Origin: an uncultured Clostridia bacterium
Lineage (GTDB): Bacteria > Bacillota_I > Bacilli_A > RF39 > UBA660
DNA length: 64,000 nt
Direction: 5' to 3'
Assembly: GCA_947165135.1 (NCBI GenBank)
Contig: CAMUZE010000004.1
Coordinates: 11,694-75,693 of the forward strand
Positions 10,446 to 20,578 of the stretch are shown piece by piece. The notes under the pieces are model-generated. The model ran no database searches. It was not told the DNA's origin and saw nothing but the letters and a program-made list of their open reading frames with translations. The position numbers and the translations under genes were made by a program. Positions within the stretch are counted from its first letter, which is position 1; every line of letters starts with the position of its first letter.

Positions 10446-11123
10446 CTATTTCTTAGATTTTTTAATAGGTTTTTTAACTTGTCTTTTAGGAATTGTTTTT
10501 ATTCTTTTTATTTCTTCTTTGGATTGTTCAACAATAGTCTCTTTTCCACATAAATATTTTGATAATTTTTTATTACTAATAACAATGTATAGATATGGTT
10601 CAATTAAACTAATTAATCCAAATGCTAAGAAATAATATCCTAGTATTGTACTTTCTACTCTGCTATTTAAAAATAAATTAATCGCCGTAAATATTGTTAG
10701 TATTGTTAATACAATCAAAATTGATAACTTAGACACAACACTAACACTATGTTTATCATTTAACGCTTTTATATGTATTCCTTTATTTAATAGATTAGCT
10801 ATTGTGTATACTAACATTGCACACCCTAATATTATCCAAAATTGTTTATATGCAGAATATATTAATGAAAATGAACCAACGTATATATTTATTAATGCAA
10901 ATAACAAGAATTCATAATCATCTTTTCGTCTATTGGAAAAATATGCTATTAGAGATAAAAAAGCTATTACAAAATATATTACAAAGCAATAATTTAATGG
11001 ATTTAAGAATTCTAATCCTTCTGTACGAAGAATAGTAATTCCTATTATGCATATTAAATTATATAAAATGATATCAACTATTACCATATACTTTCTTGTT
11101 TCATTAAATAATACTTTTTTCAT
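10446..11123 (-). CDS. Hypothetical polytopic membrane protein with Lys-rich C-terminus
   Basis: 225 aa with about 6 hydrophobic helices and the tail KRQVKKPIKKSKK. I recognise no family motif. Confidence 0.4.
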   Translation of the reverse strand: MKKVLFNETRKYMVIVDIILYNLICIIGITILRTEGLEFLNPLNYCFVIYFVIAFLSLIAYFSNRRKDDYEFLLFALINIYVGSFSLIYSAYKQFWIILGCAMLVYTIANLLNKGIHIKALNDKHSVSVVSKLSILIVLTILTIFTAINLFLNSRVESTILGYYFLAFGLISLIEPYLYIVISNKKLSKYLCGKETIVEQSKEEIKRIKTIPKRQVKKPIKKSKK

Positions 11124-11138
11124 TTACTTCACCCACTA

Positions 11139-12308
11139 TTATTCTTCTTTGTCTTTATAACCAAAGAAATTATATTTTTCATCAAAGAAATTGTAAATTA
11201 TTTTTAATAATGCAACAACTGGAGTTGCAATTACCATACCAAATATACCGAATAAATATTCAAATACTAATAATGATATGATAATAGTTATTGGACTCAA
11301 ATTCATTTTTTTACTCATTACTAAAGGCTGTAAAACATTACCTTCGATTGTTTGAACTACTAGTATAAATACTAAAGTTAATATACCAATAAGGGAACTT
11401 TGAGAAAAACCAATCGCTCCAGCCACAGCCGCTCCTAAATAAGGTCCTATATATGGTATTAGATTAGTTACCACACATACGAATGCTACTAACACTGGCG
11501 CATTTAGTCCAATAATTGAAAAACCTATTATTGAAACTATAAATAATAATAATGATAACCATAAGGTTCCACTAATAAATGAATACAATGATTCATTTAA
11601 CAATCCCATTAATCTTTGAACCTCATCTTGCAAGTTCTTTGGAAATAAATCAACAAAACCAGATGAGAACTTATCAAAATCAAATAATATATAAAATCCT
11701 AATATTAAACTCAATGCTATAGTACCAACACCACTTATTAAACCAGAAATGATTTTCATTGCTGTTGTCGGTAAACTTGTTTGTATTCCAGTTGACACAG
11801 AATCAATTCTTGTTAAGAATGATGATTTTACGCTATCTAAATTTTGCAAACTCAAATTAGATAGTTTAATAAAGATATTATCAATCCAGTCTTTGATATC
11901 ATTCATTATTTTAGGAACAGAAGCAACTATGTCTGATATTTGAGTCCCTAAAGATGGTAGGGTAAAAACAAGTATTAAAGTTATTATAAGTATTAATGCT
12001 AAATATACCACTATCACACTTGAAATTCTTTTCATACCTTTATTTTGTAATCTTTTAACAAGTGGGTTTAATAGCCATGCTATAAACCATCCAATAAATA
12101 AAGGAGACATGATACCTAATATTTTGCCAATGAAACTTAATATTTTCCATTCTTTAAATATCAAACTAACAACATATATTAATAAAATAATAAATAATAC
12201 ATAAAGTATTCTTAATATTTTGTTACCAGTTTTTACAAGATCGTTAACTCTACCAGTGTTTAATTTCCTAGTATTTTTCTTTTTTAACTTATCCTCATCC
12301 ATATTCAT
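11139..12308 (-). CDS. AI-2E family transporter (PerM/YtvI-like permease)
   Basis: 389 aa and multi-TM. The C-terminal conserved stretch IPYIGPYLGA...EGNVLQPLVMSKKMNLSP is typical of the AI-2E/UPF0118 family. Confidence 0.7.
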   Translation of the reverse strand: MNMDEDKLKKKNTRKLNTGRVNDLVKTGNKILRILYVLFIILLIYVVSLIFKEWKILSFIGKILGIMSPLFIGWFIAWLLNPLVKRLQNKGMKRISSVIVVYLALILIITLILVFTLPSLGTQISDIVASVPKIMNDIKDWIDNIFIKLSNLSLQNLDSVKSSFLTRIDSVSTGIQTSLPTTAMKIISGLISGVGTIALSLILGFYILFDFDKFSSGFVDLFPKNLQDEVQRLMGLLNESLYSFISGTLWLSLLLFIVSIIGFSIIGLNAPVLVAFVCVVTNLIPYIGPYLGAAVAGAIGFSQSSLIGILTLVFILVVQTIEGNVLQPLVMSKKMNLSPITIIISLLVFEYLFGIFGMVIATPVVALLKIIYNFFDEKYNFFGYKDKEE

Positions 12309-12342
12309 TATCTCCTCAATTATAATAATATCATACTTTCCT

Positions 12343-12371
12343 AAAAAAAAATAGTTCTATTTGAACTATTT
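12343..12371 (-). terminator. Rho-independent terminator after the small ORF and recD2 unit
   Basis: The hairpin is aatagttc/tattt/gaactatt. On the minus strand it is followed by an 8-9 nt T run. Confidence 0.6.
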
Positions 12372-12473
12372 TTATTTCATAAATCTTGTTACTTTCTTTA
12401 GATAGCCCATTATATCTTTTTCATATTTTTTATACATAATTCCAAGTCCCATTCCTCCTGCAAAAGCCATCAT
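12372..12473 (-). CDS. Unannotated small ORF (33 aa), possible small membrane-associated protein
   Basis: My own translation gives MMAFAGGMGLGIMYKKYEKDIMGYLKKVTRFMK*. AAGGAG lies about 27 nt upstream (too far for the ATG; an in-frame ATT start would sit closer). A terminator follows directly. Confidence 0.35.
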   Translation of the reverse strand: MMAFAGGMGLGIMYKKYEKDIMGYLKKVTRFMK

Positions 12474-12534
12474 TTTTTCTAATGTTTTAATAATATCACA
12501 CTCCTTGATATTATTATTTAACTAATTATTATAT

Positions 12535-14691
12535 TTATACATACTTTAAATATGTGCATCTATTAACTGCATATAATGCATTAACAGATTTATTAAATGA
12601 ATCAAGACTACCTATTATAATTAATGATGACTTAGCTCTTGTAACTGCCGTATATATAAGTTTATTATAAAACATTCTACTAAAACTTTTAGCAAGTATT
12701 ATTACAACATTATCATATTCACTTCCTTGAGATTTATGAATAGAAACTGCATAGGCAAGATTAAATTTGTCAAATTCACCACTTCTATATTCAACTATAT
12801 TCCCACTATAATCAATTTCAATTACTAATTTCTTGTCAACATATTCTATACTTTTAATGTATCCGATGTCGCCATTATAAACATTATTTTCAACATCATT
12901 AACTAGTTGAATCACTTTATCATTAACTCTATAGTATCTATCAGCAACATTAAATATTTCATCTGTTTTATTAAAAATATTTGCCATCATATTATTAATA
13001 TTATCTATTCCATTTAAACCTTTATACATAGGTGCTAAAACTTGAAAGTCATTTAATGATATATTCTTTTCTTTTACTGAATTACATATTTTCAATAGGT
13101 AGGATTGTATATTATCATCTGAACTTTCTATAAATTTAAAATCAGAATAATTATTTGAAAAATTATCAAAATGTTTTCTATTTTTTATGTCATTAGCAAG
13201 ATAAGTAATATAGCTTCCTTCTTTAACTCTATATATTGTATTTAAATATTTATAATTCAAATTATCTCTCATTAATAAATCATTAAGTAAATCTCCAGGG
13301 CCAATTGAAGGCAATTGATTAGAATCCCCAACTAATATCAATTTTACTGTACTTTTTAATCCTTTTAATAGTGATTCAAATAAGAAAATATCTATCATTG
13401 AAGCCTCATCAACAATAATAATATCCTCATAAGTTCTATTATATTCATCTATCGAAAACGATTCTGTTTCTTTATTCCATTTTAAAAATTTATGAATAGT
13501 ATATGCTGGGCACCTTACACTTTCTGTCATTCTTTTTGCTGCTCTTCCTGTTGGAGCAAGTAATGCGATATTATCACTTGTATAATCATATAAATCTTTT
13601 ATTATTTCAACTATTGCTTTGATTATTGTCGTTTTGCCTGTACCTGGTCCACCACTTATTATATAGAAATTATTTATTATTGAACCTTTAATTGCTTCTT
13701 TCTGATCATCATTAAATATTATTTTACATCTTTTTTCATATTGATTAATTAAAGAATCTAGTTTTGATTCTTTAATAATGTTTTTAGTACTATTAATTCT
13801 GTTAATTTCATCTAAAATAAATGTTTCAGTATTAACAAAATTAGTAAGAGCAACCATATCATTTATTTCTATTATTTTATCTTCATTTTTTAATTTATTA
13901 ATGTAAACTAAATAATTATCAGCAGTAAATGATGATTTAAAACATTTTTTCATTCGTAAAAAAAGTTCTTCTCTTTTCATAAGAGTATCCCCTGTTTCAT
14001 AGCAATAAGAATATATATTATGTAATATTAATGCTTCTACTCTAAAAGGGTGCATCTCTTCATTATTCTTTAAAAATATTAAATCTAACTTATCAAAATT
14101 AATTATATCTACAAGTTCATATATATTTCCATCTACTACATCATTAATTCTACTTTTATAAGTGGTTATTAATTTAATTGCTTCATTAACACTAAAACCA
14201 TACCCATTTAATTTTAATATTAAATCTTGATTATATTCACTATTTAAAATAGAGTCATGCATTTTTCTAGCTTTAGTTATTGTCATACCGCTTACAGTAG
14301 CTAAAGATGTATAATCTTTCTTTATAACATCAAGAGTATTCATTCCAAATCTTTCAACTATCTTTTTAGCTGTTTTAGCACCGATTCCTTTAAATAATCC
14401 GCTACTTAGATATAAGACTAAACTATCTAAATCATTAGGAGCTTTTACTTCATATTCCTCTACTTGATACTGCAACCCATATTTAGGATGAGTTACTAGT
14501 TTACCATATAGTACATAATCAAGATCAGTGTCAATCTCTGTAAACGAACCTGTAAATCCAATTATTTTATTTAAAAATGGTACCATATCATCATCATTTG
14601 TCTCTCTCACTTTAAAAATTCCAACTTTATATGGACCACTATTACTTTCATAAATAATTTTTCTAATATTTCCTAATATATAATTTTTCAT
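12535..14691 (-). CDS. recD2: ATP-dependent RecD-like DNA helicase (RecD2)
   Basis: It has Walker A SGGPGTGKTT, the motifs VDEASMID, LVGDSNQLPSIGPG and SIHKSQGSEYD, and an N-terminal HhH region. The likely start is MKNYILG at 14691. Confidence 0.88.
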   Translation of the reverse strand: MKNYILGNIRKIIYESNSGPYKVGIFKVRETNDDDMVPFLNKIIGFTGSFTEIDTDLDYVLYGKLVTHPKYGLQYQVEEYEVKAPNDLDSLVLYLSSGLFKGIGAKTAKKIVERFGMNTLDVIKKDYTSLATVSGMTITKARKMHDSILNSEYNQDLILKLNGYGFSVNEAIKLITTYKSRINDVVDGNIYELVDIINFDKLDLIFLKNNEEMHPFRVEALILHNIYSYCYETGDTLMKREELFLRMKKCFKSSFTADNYLVYINKLKNEDKIIEINDMVALTNFVNTETFILDEINRINSTKNIIKESKLDSLINQYEKRCKIIFNDDQKEAIKGSIINNFYIISGGPGTGKTTIIKAIVEIIKDLYDYTSDNIALLAPTGRAAKRMTESVRCPAYTIHKFLKWNKETESFSIDEYNRTYEDIIIVDEASMIDIFLFESLLKGLKSTVKLILVGDSNQLPSIGPGDLLNDLLMRDNLNYKYLNTIYRVKEGSYITYLANDIKNRKHFDNFSNNYSDFKFIESSDDNIQSYLLKICNSVKEKNISLNDFQVLAPMYKGLNGIDNINNMMANIFNKTDEIFNVADRYYRVNDKVIQLVNDVENNVYNGDIGYIKSIEYVDKKLVIEIDYSGNIVEYRSGEFDKFNLAYAVSIHKSQGSEYDNVVIILAKSFSRMFYNKLIYTAVTRAKSSLIIIGSLDSFNKSVNALYAVNRCTYLKYV

Positions 14692-14837
14692 TAGTAATAT
14701 ATTACCACAATTAAAAAGAAAAATCATTAATGATTTTTCTTAAATCTCCGTTTGAAAACTTTAATATTCATAGCTATCCTACCATAATCACCAAAGTAAG
14801 TAATTGTTATTTTATATAATTTTTTTAAATAAAAAAA

Positions 14838-14914
14838 TGGCGTCCCCGACTGGAATCGAACCAGCGACCTATAGCTTAGGAGGCTATCGCTCTATCCTAC
14901 TGAGCTACGAGGAC
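14838..14914 (-). tRNA. tRNA-Arg (anticodon CCU), CCA encoded
   Basis: Hand-folded cloverleaf: acceptor GTCCTCG/CGGGGAC, D stem GCTC/GAGC, anticodon stem ATAGC/GCTAT with loop CTCCTAA, and T arm GCTGG-TTCGATT-CCAGT. Confidence 0.85.
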
Positions 14915-14945
14915 ACACATGTGATATTATAACACAAATAATAAC

Positions 14946-15512
14946 CTATAATAATATTTTTACACTAAAAATATATGCAAATATATATGTTATACCAAGT
15001 TCAAATCTAAAAAATTCATATAAACTTACTAATTTATCACATATACACACTATTTTTGATTCCTTGTATTTTGGTTTTTCTTTTGTTATTGGATACATAT
15101 GTGTTGTTATAATATTTGATTCTATTTCATTTATATCAAAATAATTATTGGCATTTTTTAGTGCAATATTAGGATGTGTTTTCAAAAAATTACTATATTT
15201 AGTGTCTCCCTTTCTAATGTCTGATTTAGTAAAAAAGTCATGCATCATTGCACCCCTTGTGCAAGAAATATAATCATAGCCTAATTTTTTAGACAACAAA
15301 AAACTTAATTTAGCTACTCTATTTATATGATTTAATCTATTATCTCCATGATGCATTATAGATTTTAATTCTCTAAATTTATTAACATTATAAAATTCAC
15401 TATATATATCATAATAAATTGATTTATTATTTTTGTTTTTCACGCAATTCACCACTCTAAATCCATTTAGGAATATATAAATTCCTTGTAAACCCTTCCA
15501 TATACTTGTCAA
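14946..15512 (-). CDS. HD-domain metal-dependent phosphohydrolase
   Basis: It has NHINRVAKLSFLL...GAMMHDFF (the H...HD signature). The start is uncertain: an internal GTG near 15443 is possible, because the ORF-track start overlaps the upstream gene. Confidence 0.6.
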   Translation of the reverse strand: MTSIWKGLQGIYIFLNGFRVVNCVKNKNNKSIYYDIYSEFYNVNKFRELKSIMHHGDNRLNHINRVAKLSFLLSKKLGYDYISCTRGAMMHDFFTKSDIRKGDTKYSNFLKTHPNIALKNANNYFDINEIESNIITTHMYPITKEKPKYKESKIVCICDKLVSLYEFFRFELGITYIFAYIFSVKILL

Positions 15513-15828
15513 ATTCTCTTATAATCGCATTTGCAATAATCGCGTATATATTTGTTTCTTTTTTAGAAACTTTAAAAGACAGCAAAAAACTATTTAACAT
15601 TGTCTTAAACTCTCTGTCATCTATATACCTTGCCACTGCTTTATTTAAATGATTAACATTTTTTAATGCTGATTTATCTGAAACATTAATAGAAAAAATA
15701 TACGATTGATATATTTCAATAACTTTATCGGTTAAATAATCAAAATCACTAAATTCTTCATTTATAATTCTATAATAATCTGGGCAATATTTTAATATTA
15801 TCTTGTTGTTAAGAAAACTATTTTCCAT
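15457..15828 (-). CDS. Hypothetical protein
   Basis: 123-aa ORF between rseP and the HD gene. I recognise no motif. Confidence 0.35.
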   Translation of the reverse strand: MENSFLNNKIILKYCPDYYRIINEEFSDFDYLTDKVIEIYQSYIFSINVSDKSALKNVNHLNKAVARYIDDREFKTMLNSFLLSFKVSKKETNIYAIIANAIIREFDKYMEGFTRNLYIPKWI

Positions 15829-15831
15829 TTT

Positions 15832-16902
15832 TTATTTCACCACTGCCTTAAATAGTCTTATTATATCATTAAAGGTTACATATATCATTAATAATATCAT
15901 TAATGCAAACCCAGCATAATTAATAATTGTCTCTAATTTATCACTGGTTTTACGTTTAGAAATCTTTTCAATTATAATTAATAGAATTCTTCCTCCATCA
16001 AATACTGGTACTGGTATTAAATTAATTATTGCAACATTAATACTTAAATATGCAGTTAGATATAATATTACTTCCATTCCTTGAGTCTTAACAGAATCAA
16101 CAACAGAATATATTCCAACTGGACCACTTAAATTCTTAACAGATACTTCACCTGTAAACAATGAGGCAACAATTTTAACAATAGTACGAGTATTATTATA
16201 AAATCCTTCAACACCATATCTAAGTGCATTAACAAAACCTTTTTTGTGTATTGTTCCAACAGATTGAATACCAAATATTCTTACTTCTTGTCCCTCTACT
16301 TTAGTTATTTCCGGAGTCATAGTATAGTCTTTTATTTCTTTGTTACTCTTCTCTACTGTAATTGTATATTTTTCTTTTGCTTTCTTTGCAGAAGCTTCTA
16401 ATAAAAAGTCATCCCATGTTTTTACTTTAACACCATTAACTTTAATAATCCTATCTCCAGCTTCAATACCAGCAACAAAAGCAGGTTTACCTTCAACTAC
16501 ACTTTCAACAATAGGTTCATTTATAGGCCTACCATATATTAACCCACTTATAAAAAACAACAAAATTGCAAGAACACAGTTCATAAATATTCCAGCAAAT
16601 AATACGACGAATTTTTGAATAAAGTTCTTATTTTCAAGTACTCTGTCATCTTTTATTTCTTTGTTGTCAGGATCAACTTTTTCAGCCATAGAACAAAAGC
16701 CACCAATTGGGAATAATCTTAATGAATAAGTTGTTTCACTATTTTTAGGCTTAAACTTAATAATTTTAGGGCCCATACCAAGTGAAAATTCATCTACATA
16801 TACTCCGCTTTTTTTGGCAGCAATAAAATGTCCGAATTCATGTATTCCGATTATTAAAGACAACATTACAAATAATATTAATATTGTTATAATAAAATTC
16901 AT
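15832..16902 (-). CDS. rseP: RIP zinc metalloprotease, site-2 protease RseP/RasP
   Basis: It has the HEFGHF zinc motif in TM1, a PDZ region (GDRIIKVNG) and a C-terminal NLIPVPVFDGG motif. It lies downstream of cdsA, as is usual in Firmicutes. Confidence 0.9.
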   Translation of the reverse strand: MNFIITILILFVMLSLIIGIHEFGHFIAAKKSGVYVDEFSLGMGPKIIKFKPKNSETTYSLRLFPIGGFCSMAEKVDPDNKEIKDDRVLENKNFIQKFVVLFAGIFMNCVLAILLFFISGLIYGRPINEPIVESVVEGKPAFVAGIEAGDRIIKVNGVKVKTWDDFLLEASAKKAKEKYTITVEKSNKEIKDYTMTPEITKVEGQEVRIFGIQSVGTIHKKGFVNALRYGVEGFYNNTRTIVKIVASLFTGEVSVKNLSGPVGIYSVVDSVKTQGMEVILYLTAYLSINVAIINLIPVPVFDGGRILLIIIEKISKRKTSDKLETIINYAGFALMILLMIYVTFNDIIRLFKAVVK

Positions 16903-16910
16903 ATATCCTC

Positions 16911-17726
16911 CTAGAAACCAACAATAGAACTACATAAAATTGAAAATGCCAACATAGCAAAAATCAAACTATCTAGTCTATCTAAAACTCCTCCATGCCC
17001 TGGCATAATATTGCCATAATCTTTAACATCATATTTTCTTTTTATTGCAGAAAATACTAAATCACCAATTTGTGCTATTAAAGATAACACTAGAGTCACA
17101 CCAATTACTGAAAATACATTAGCTATTGGATTTGTAAACGTAATATAATATACAACTCCAATAAAAGTACCCATAACAGTACCACCAATCATTCCTTCAA
17201 TAGTCTTATTTGGTGATACATATGGACACAATTTATTACGTCCTATCTTTGTACCAAAGAAATGGGCAAATGTATCCGTCATAATTGTAATCATTAGTAG
17301 ATATAATAAGAAGTGAATACCAAGATTTCTAAATACTACCAAATATCTAAATGCTATTCCTAAAAAGAATACACTTGCCATTACAAAAAGAGCATCTTCA
17401 GCATCATATTTTTTAGATTTTCCATAAAATAATAATGGAGATAATAAAACTAAAGGCATAATTACTAACAATCTATAATCAATACTAAAACTATGTTCAA
17501 AAATAGATGTTGTGGTTAAAGTTAAAAAACATAAGTAAGCTAATATCTTCATTAATAGTGGTATTTCTTTCTTTTGGTTTCTTAATGAAAGCATTTCATA
17601 AAGCCCAATACATCCAATAACACAAACACCTATAAAAAAAGCATAACTACCAATTATTAATATAGGTATAACTATAATTAACGCAACTATTGCGCTTATT
17701 ACTCTAACTTTCAAATCACTTTTCAT
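16911..17726 (-). CDS. cdsA: Phosphatidate cytidylyltransferase
   Basis: Multi-TM protein with the CdsA signature SAIKRKYDVKDYGNIMPGHGGVLDRLDS. The likely start is MKSDLKV at 17726. Confidence 0.9.
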   Translation of the reverse strand: MKSDLKVRVISAIVALIIVIPILIIGSYAFFIGVCVIGCIGLYEMLSLRNQKKEIPLLMKILAYLCFLTLTTTSIFEHSFSIDYRLLVIMPLVLLSPLLFYGKSKKYDAEDALFVMASVFFLGIAFRYLVVFRNLGIHFLLYLLMITIMTDTFAHFFGTKIGRNKLCPYVSPNKTIEGMIGGTVMGTFIGVVYYITFTNPIANVFSVIGVTLVLSLIAQIGDLVFSAIKRKYDVKDYGNIMPGHGGVLDRLDSLIFAMLAFSILCSSIVGF

Positions 17727-17831
17727 AACTTTCCACCATATCAATTATAACACGCTATTGTATTTTTAACAAGAAAAAGAAACTCTTTAATTATTTTAAA
17801 CACTAGTTTATAATATTAATTAGGTGATTGT

Positions 17832-18467
17832 ATGAAGAAAGCTTTAATTATATTTTTATTATTATTATCTTTTAATAAAGTATATGCGTATGAAAATGAA
17901 TATTTTAAATTGGATATACCAGAAGATTTTAAAGAAGAAAAAATAAATTCTTATACTTACAAATGGATATCAACAAAAAATAGTCATGAATATTTAATAA
18001 TTACTATTTCTAATAATAATGGAACAAACAAACATAATGTTAAAGATTATAATAGTGATGATATTAAAAACTATGAAGAATATATGGAAACAGAAATCAA
18101 TAATCAATTAAAAGATTATAATTTAAAAGTAGACGTCACCAATGTAAAAAAAGAAAAAGTAAATAATTTAGATTCTATTACATATGATGTATTTTGGCCA
18201 ACGAAAGAATCAATATCATATGATACATATCAGAAAGGATATTCATTTACAACTGATAAATATGTATATATTTATACTTTCACATCAGATAAAAAAATCA
18301 CAAATGAAAATGCTAGTTTTAAAAAAACATTAGAAAGTTTAGAATTATTAGATATTAAAATTGAAAAAACCGGATTTCTCAGCAAAAAATGGCAACAAAT
18401 TTTACTAGTTAGTATGATTGCTGGAGTACTTGGCGCAATAATATCATTAACATTTAGACGCAAATAA
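17832..18467 (+). CDS. Hypothetical secreted protein with C-terminal TM anchor
   Basis: It has a signal peptide (MKKALIIFLLLLSFNKVYA), a beta-rich body and the C-terminus ...IEKTGFLSKKWQQILLVSMIAGVLGAIISLTFRRK. It is one of the few plus-strand genes. Confidence 0.5.
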   Translation: MKKALIIFLLLLSFNKVYAYENEYFKLDIPEDFKEEKINSYTYKWISTKNSHEYLIITISNNNGTNKHNVKDYNSDDIKNYEEYMETEINNQLKDYNLKVDVTNVKKEKVNNLDSITYDVFWPTKESISYDTYQKGYSFTTDKYVYIYTFTSDKKITNENASFKKTLESLELLDIKIEKTGFLSKKWQQILLVSMIAGVLGAIISLTFRRK

Positions 18468-18496
18468 AAAATTGATTTCAAATCAATTTTTTTATT
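18466..18496. terminator. Bidirectional rho-independent terminator between convergent genes
   Basis: The hairpin is aaattgat/ttcaa/atcaattt, flanked by an A run on the left and a T run on the right. Confidence 0.6.
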
Positions 18497-18501
18497 TCTT
18501 A

Positions 18502-19818
18502 TTATAATGTTGTTGACTTATTTTTAACAATTAAATATCCAGATAAACTTAATATTAATATTCCAACTAAACCAATTACAGGAGTTTCAATTCCAGTTGT
18601 CGGATTACTTGATGCTTTTTTCTTCCACTGAGCATATACAGTTAAATCTTTCTCTGCTTTTGTTGTACTTAATACTTTTTTACCACCTGACTTAGCTGTG
18701 TACCATCCAGCAAATGTATATCCTTCTCTTTCTGGAGTACATAATTCTCCCCATGTTGAGAATATTTGTTTACCAATAGAATCTGGTGAACACGTAGTTC
18801 CACCATTACTATCAAAAGTTAATGTAACAATAATTGGACCCTCAATAGGAGCATCGGCATTCCCAACAGAAGGGCCTACTGCATCAACTTTTATAGTTGC
18901 GCTTACTGCATCATCTCCAGTACCATATGATACTGTTATAGTTGCAACGCCACCTAATGGAGATACTTTTTTAATTAATCCTTTATCTACAGTATATTTA
19001 CTTTCATCACTACTAGTCCATGTTGCTGTATTAGTGACATCTTGTGGTGCAGTAGTTCCATAAAAGACTGAAGCTTTTAATTGAGTTTCACCCTCAACGT
19101 TTATTGTTTCTGGTAATGTACTATATCCTTCTGCTGAAAGAGTCATTGTCCACATAGATTCTCTTATTGTTATAGGCATACTATCAGTATAAGTTGTTCC
19201 ACCATATATCAATTTAGCATTAATTCTTGTAGTACCTAAAGATAAATAGTTTAATTTTACTCTTATTGCACCACCTAAAACATCATCTGTTTCTATATCT
19301 GTTATTTTAGAAATGCTTTCATTTTCAATACTAAACACTACATTTTCTTTTTCAGAATCAGGAATATTTTTAAGTGATAAGTAAGCAACTCCATTGCCAT
19401 CTTTTAATAAACGAATTACTCCAGGCACAGCATTTTTACCAATAAAAGATATTGATTTTTCTGCAGTTGACTCACTAACCTCCACTGTTGATGTTCCAGT
19501 TGTTCCATCACTTGCAGTTACAGTCATTGTAACAGTTCCTTCTTGTAAACAATTAATTCTTAATAATCTACAATTATAACATCTTACTTGTTCATCGGGA
19601 TTATCTTCAATTGTAGCTATAGTTTCATTGCTACTAGTCCATGATGAAACTGACATATGCGCTCCGCTTGCAGTTACTAATGTTTTAAAATGTGTATTGG
19701 GTGCACACGTATAAGCGCTTTCTTCAAACGATATTGTATTTATTTCTTCGGCTTTAATATTTTGTAAAACACTTAAAGAAACAAACAAAGTTAAAATTAT
19801 TATTAATAGTTTTTTCAT
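18502..19818 (-). CDS. Cell-surface protein with Big_2-like Ig domains, one Listeria-Bacteroides-type repeat and a C-terminal anchor
   Basis: It has a signal peptide; SWTSSNETIATIED and TWTSSDESKYTVD (Big_2 pattern); TFDSNGGT...EGYTFAGWYT...LTVYAQW (Flg_new pattern); and the C-terminus SNPTTG followed by a hydrophobic helix and KNK. Confidence 0.7.
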   Translation of the reverse strand: MKKLLIIILTLFVSLSVLQNIKAEEINTISFEESAYTCAPNTHFKTLVTASGAHMSVSSWTSSNETIATIEDNPDEQVRCYNCRLLRINCLQEGTVTMTVTASDGTTGTSTVEVSESTAEKSISFIGKNAVPGVIRLLKDGNGVAYLSLKNIPDSEKENVVFSIENESISKITDIETDDVLGGAIRVKLNYLSLGTTRINAKLIYGGTTYTDSMPITIRESMWTMTLSAEGYSTLPETINVEGETQLKASVFYGTTAPQDVTNTATWTSSDESKYTVDKGLIKKVSPLGGVATITVSYGTGDDAVSATIKVDAVGPSVGNADAPIEGPIIVTLTFDSNGGTTCSPDSIGKQIFSTWGELCTPEREGYTFAGWYTAKSGGKKVLSTTKAEKDLTVYAQWKKKASSNPTTGIETPVIGLVGILILSLSGYLIVKNKSTTL

Positions 19819-19900
19819 ATATTCACTCCTATCCTACAATAATAGGATAACACATTTACAGAATTCTTTCAATTTAACTGTAAATATTTATACATACCAT

Positions 19901-20539
19901 TTACGCACAGATATTTCTTTTGATTTTACTTAGAATCATTTTTTCTTTTCGAGATACTTTTGCCTGAGAAATTCCCATAATACTTGCTGTTTCACTTTGA
20001 GACATATCATTATAATATCTATAATATATTATTGATTTATCAAATGAATCTAATGAATTTATTTCATCTGATATTAGAATCCTATCATCTATTTCTTCCC
20101 TAGAATCATTTCCATATTCATATACTTGATCATCAATACTTTTAGTAAATGAAATTGATTCTATAATATTTAATAATTCAGATTCATTTATTTCCATAAA
20201 TGCACTTATTTCTTTAAATGAAGCATCTCTATTATATTTATCTGTTAATAGTTTTTTTACACTCAAATATCTTTTGTAAATAAACATATATTCATCACTT
20301 ACTTTAATATTTCTTTCGCTTTTAATATAATTTATTATTTCACCCAAAACATAGTTATAAGCATATGTTGAAAACTTTATTTCACTATTTTTATCATAAT
20401 GATTATGAGCTTTGATTAATCCAACAATACCTGCTTGATATAAATCGTCTTTATTATAATTATTACCATATTTACTTATAAATTTATAAATAATCCATTC
20501 ACTTTCTTTTATCAGATTAATATCTATCAAATTTATCAT
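19901..20539 (-). CDS. Sigma-70 family RNA polymerase sigma factor, group-3-like (SigB/F/G- or FliA-like size)
   Basis: 212 aa. Region 2 reads DLYQAGIVGLIKAHNHYD...FSTYAYNYVLGEI and region 4 has the HTH SQSETASIMGISQAKVSRKEK. Confidence 0.75.
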   Translation of the reverse strand: MINLIDINLIKESEWIIYKFISKYGNNYNKDDLYQAGIVGLIKAHNHYDKNSEIKFSTYAYNYVLGEIINYIKSERNIKVSDEYMFIYKRYLSVKKLLTDKYNRDASFKEISAFMEINESELLNIIESISFTKSIDDQVYEYGNDSREEIDDRILISDEINSLDSFDKSIIYYRYYNDMSQSETASIMGISQAKVSRKEKMILSKIKRNICA

Positions 20540-20578
20540 TCCCTTATAAATAACATTTTATAATACTTTAAGTGATAG

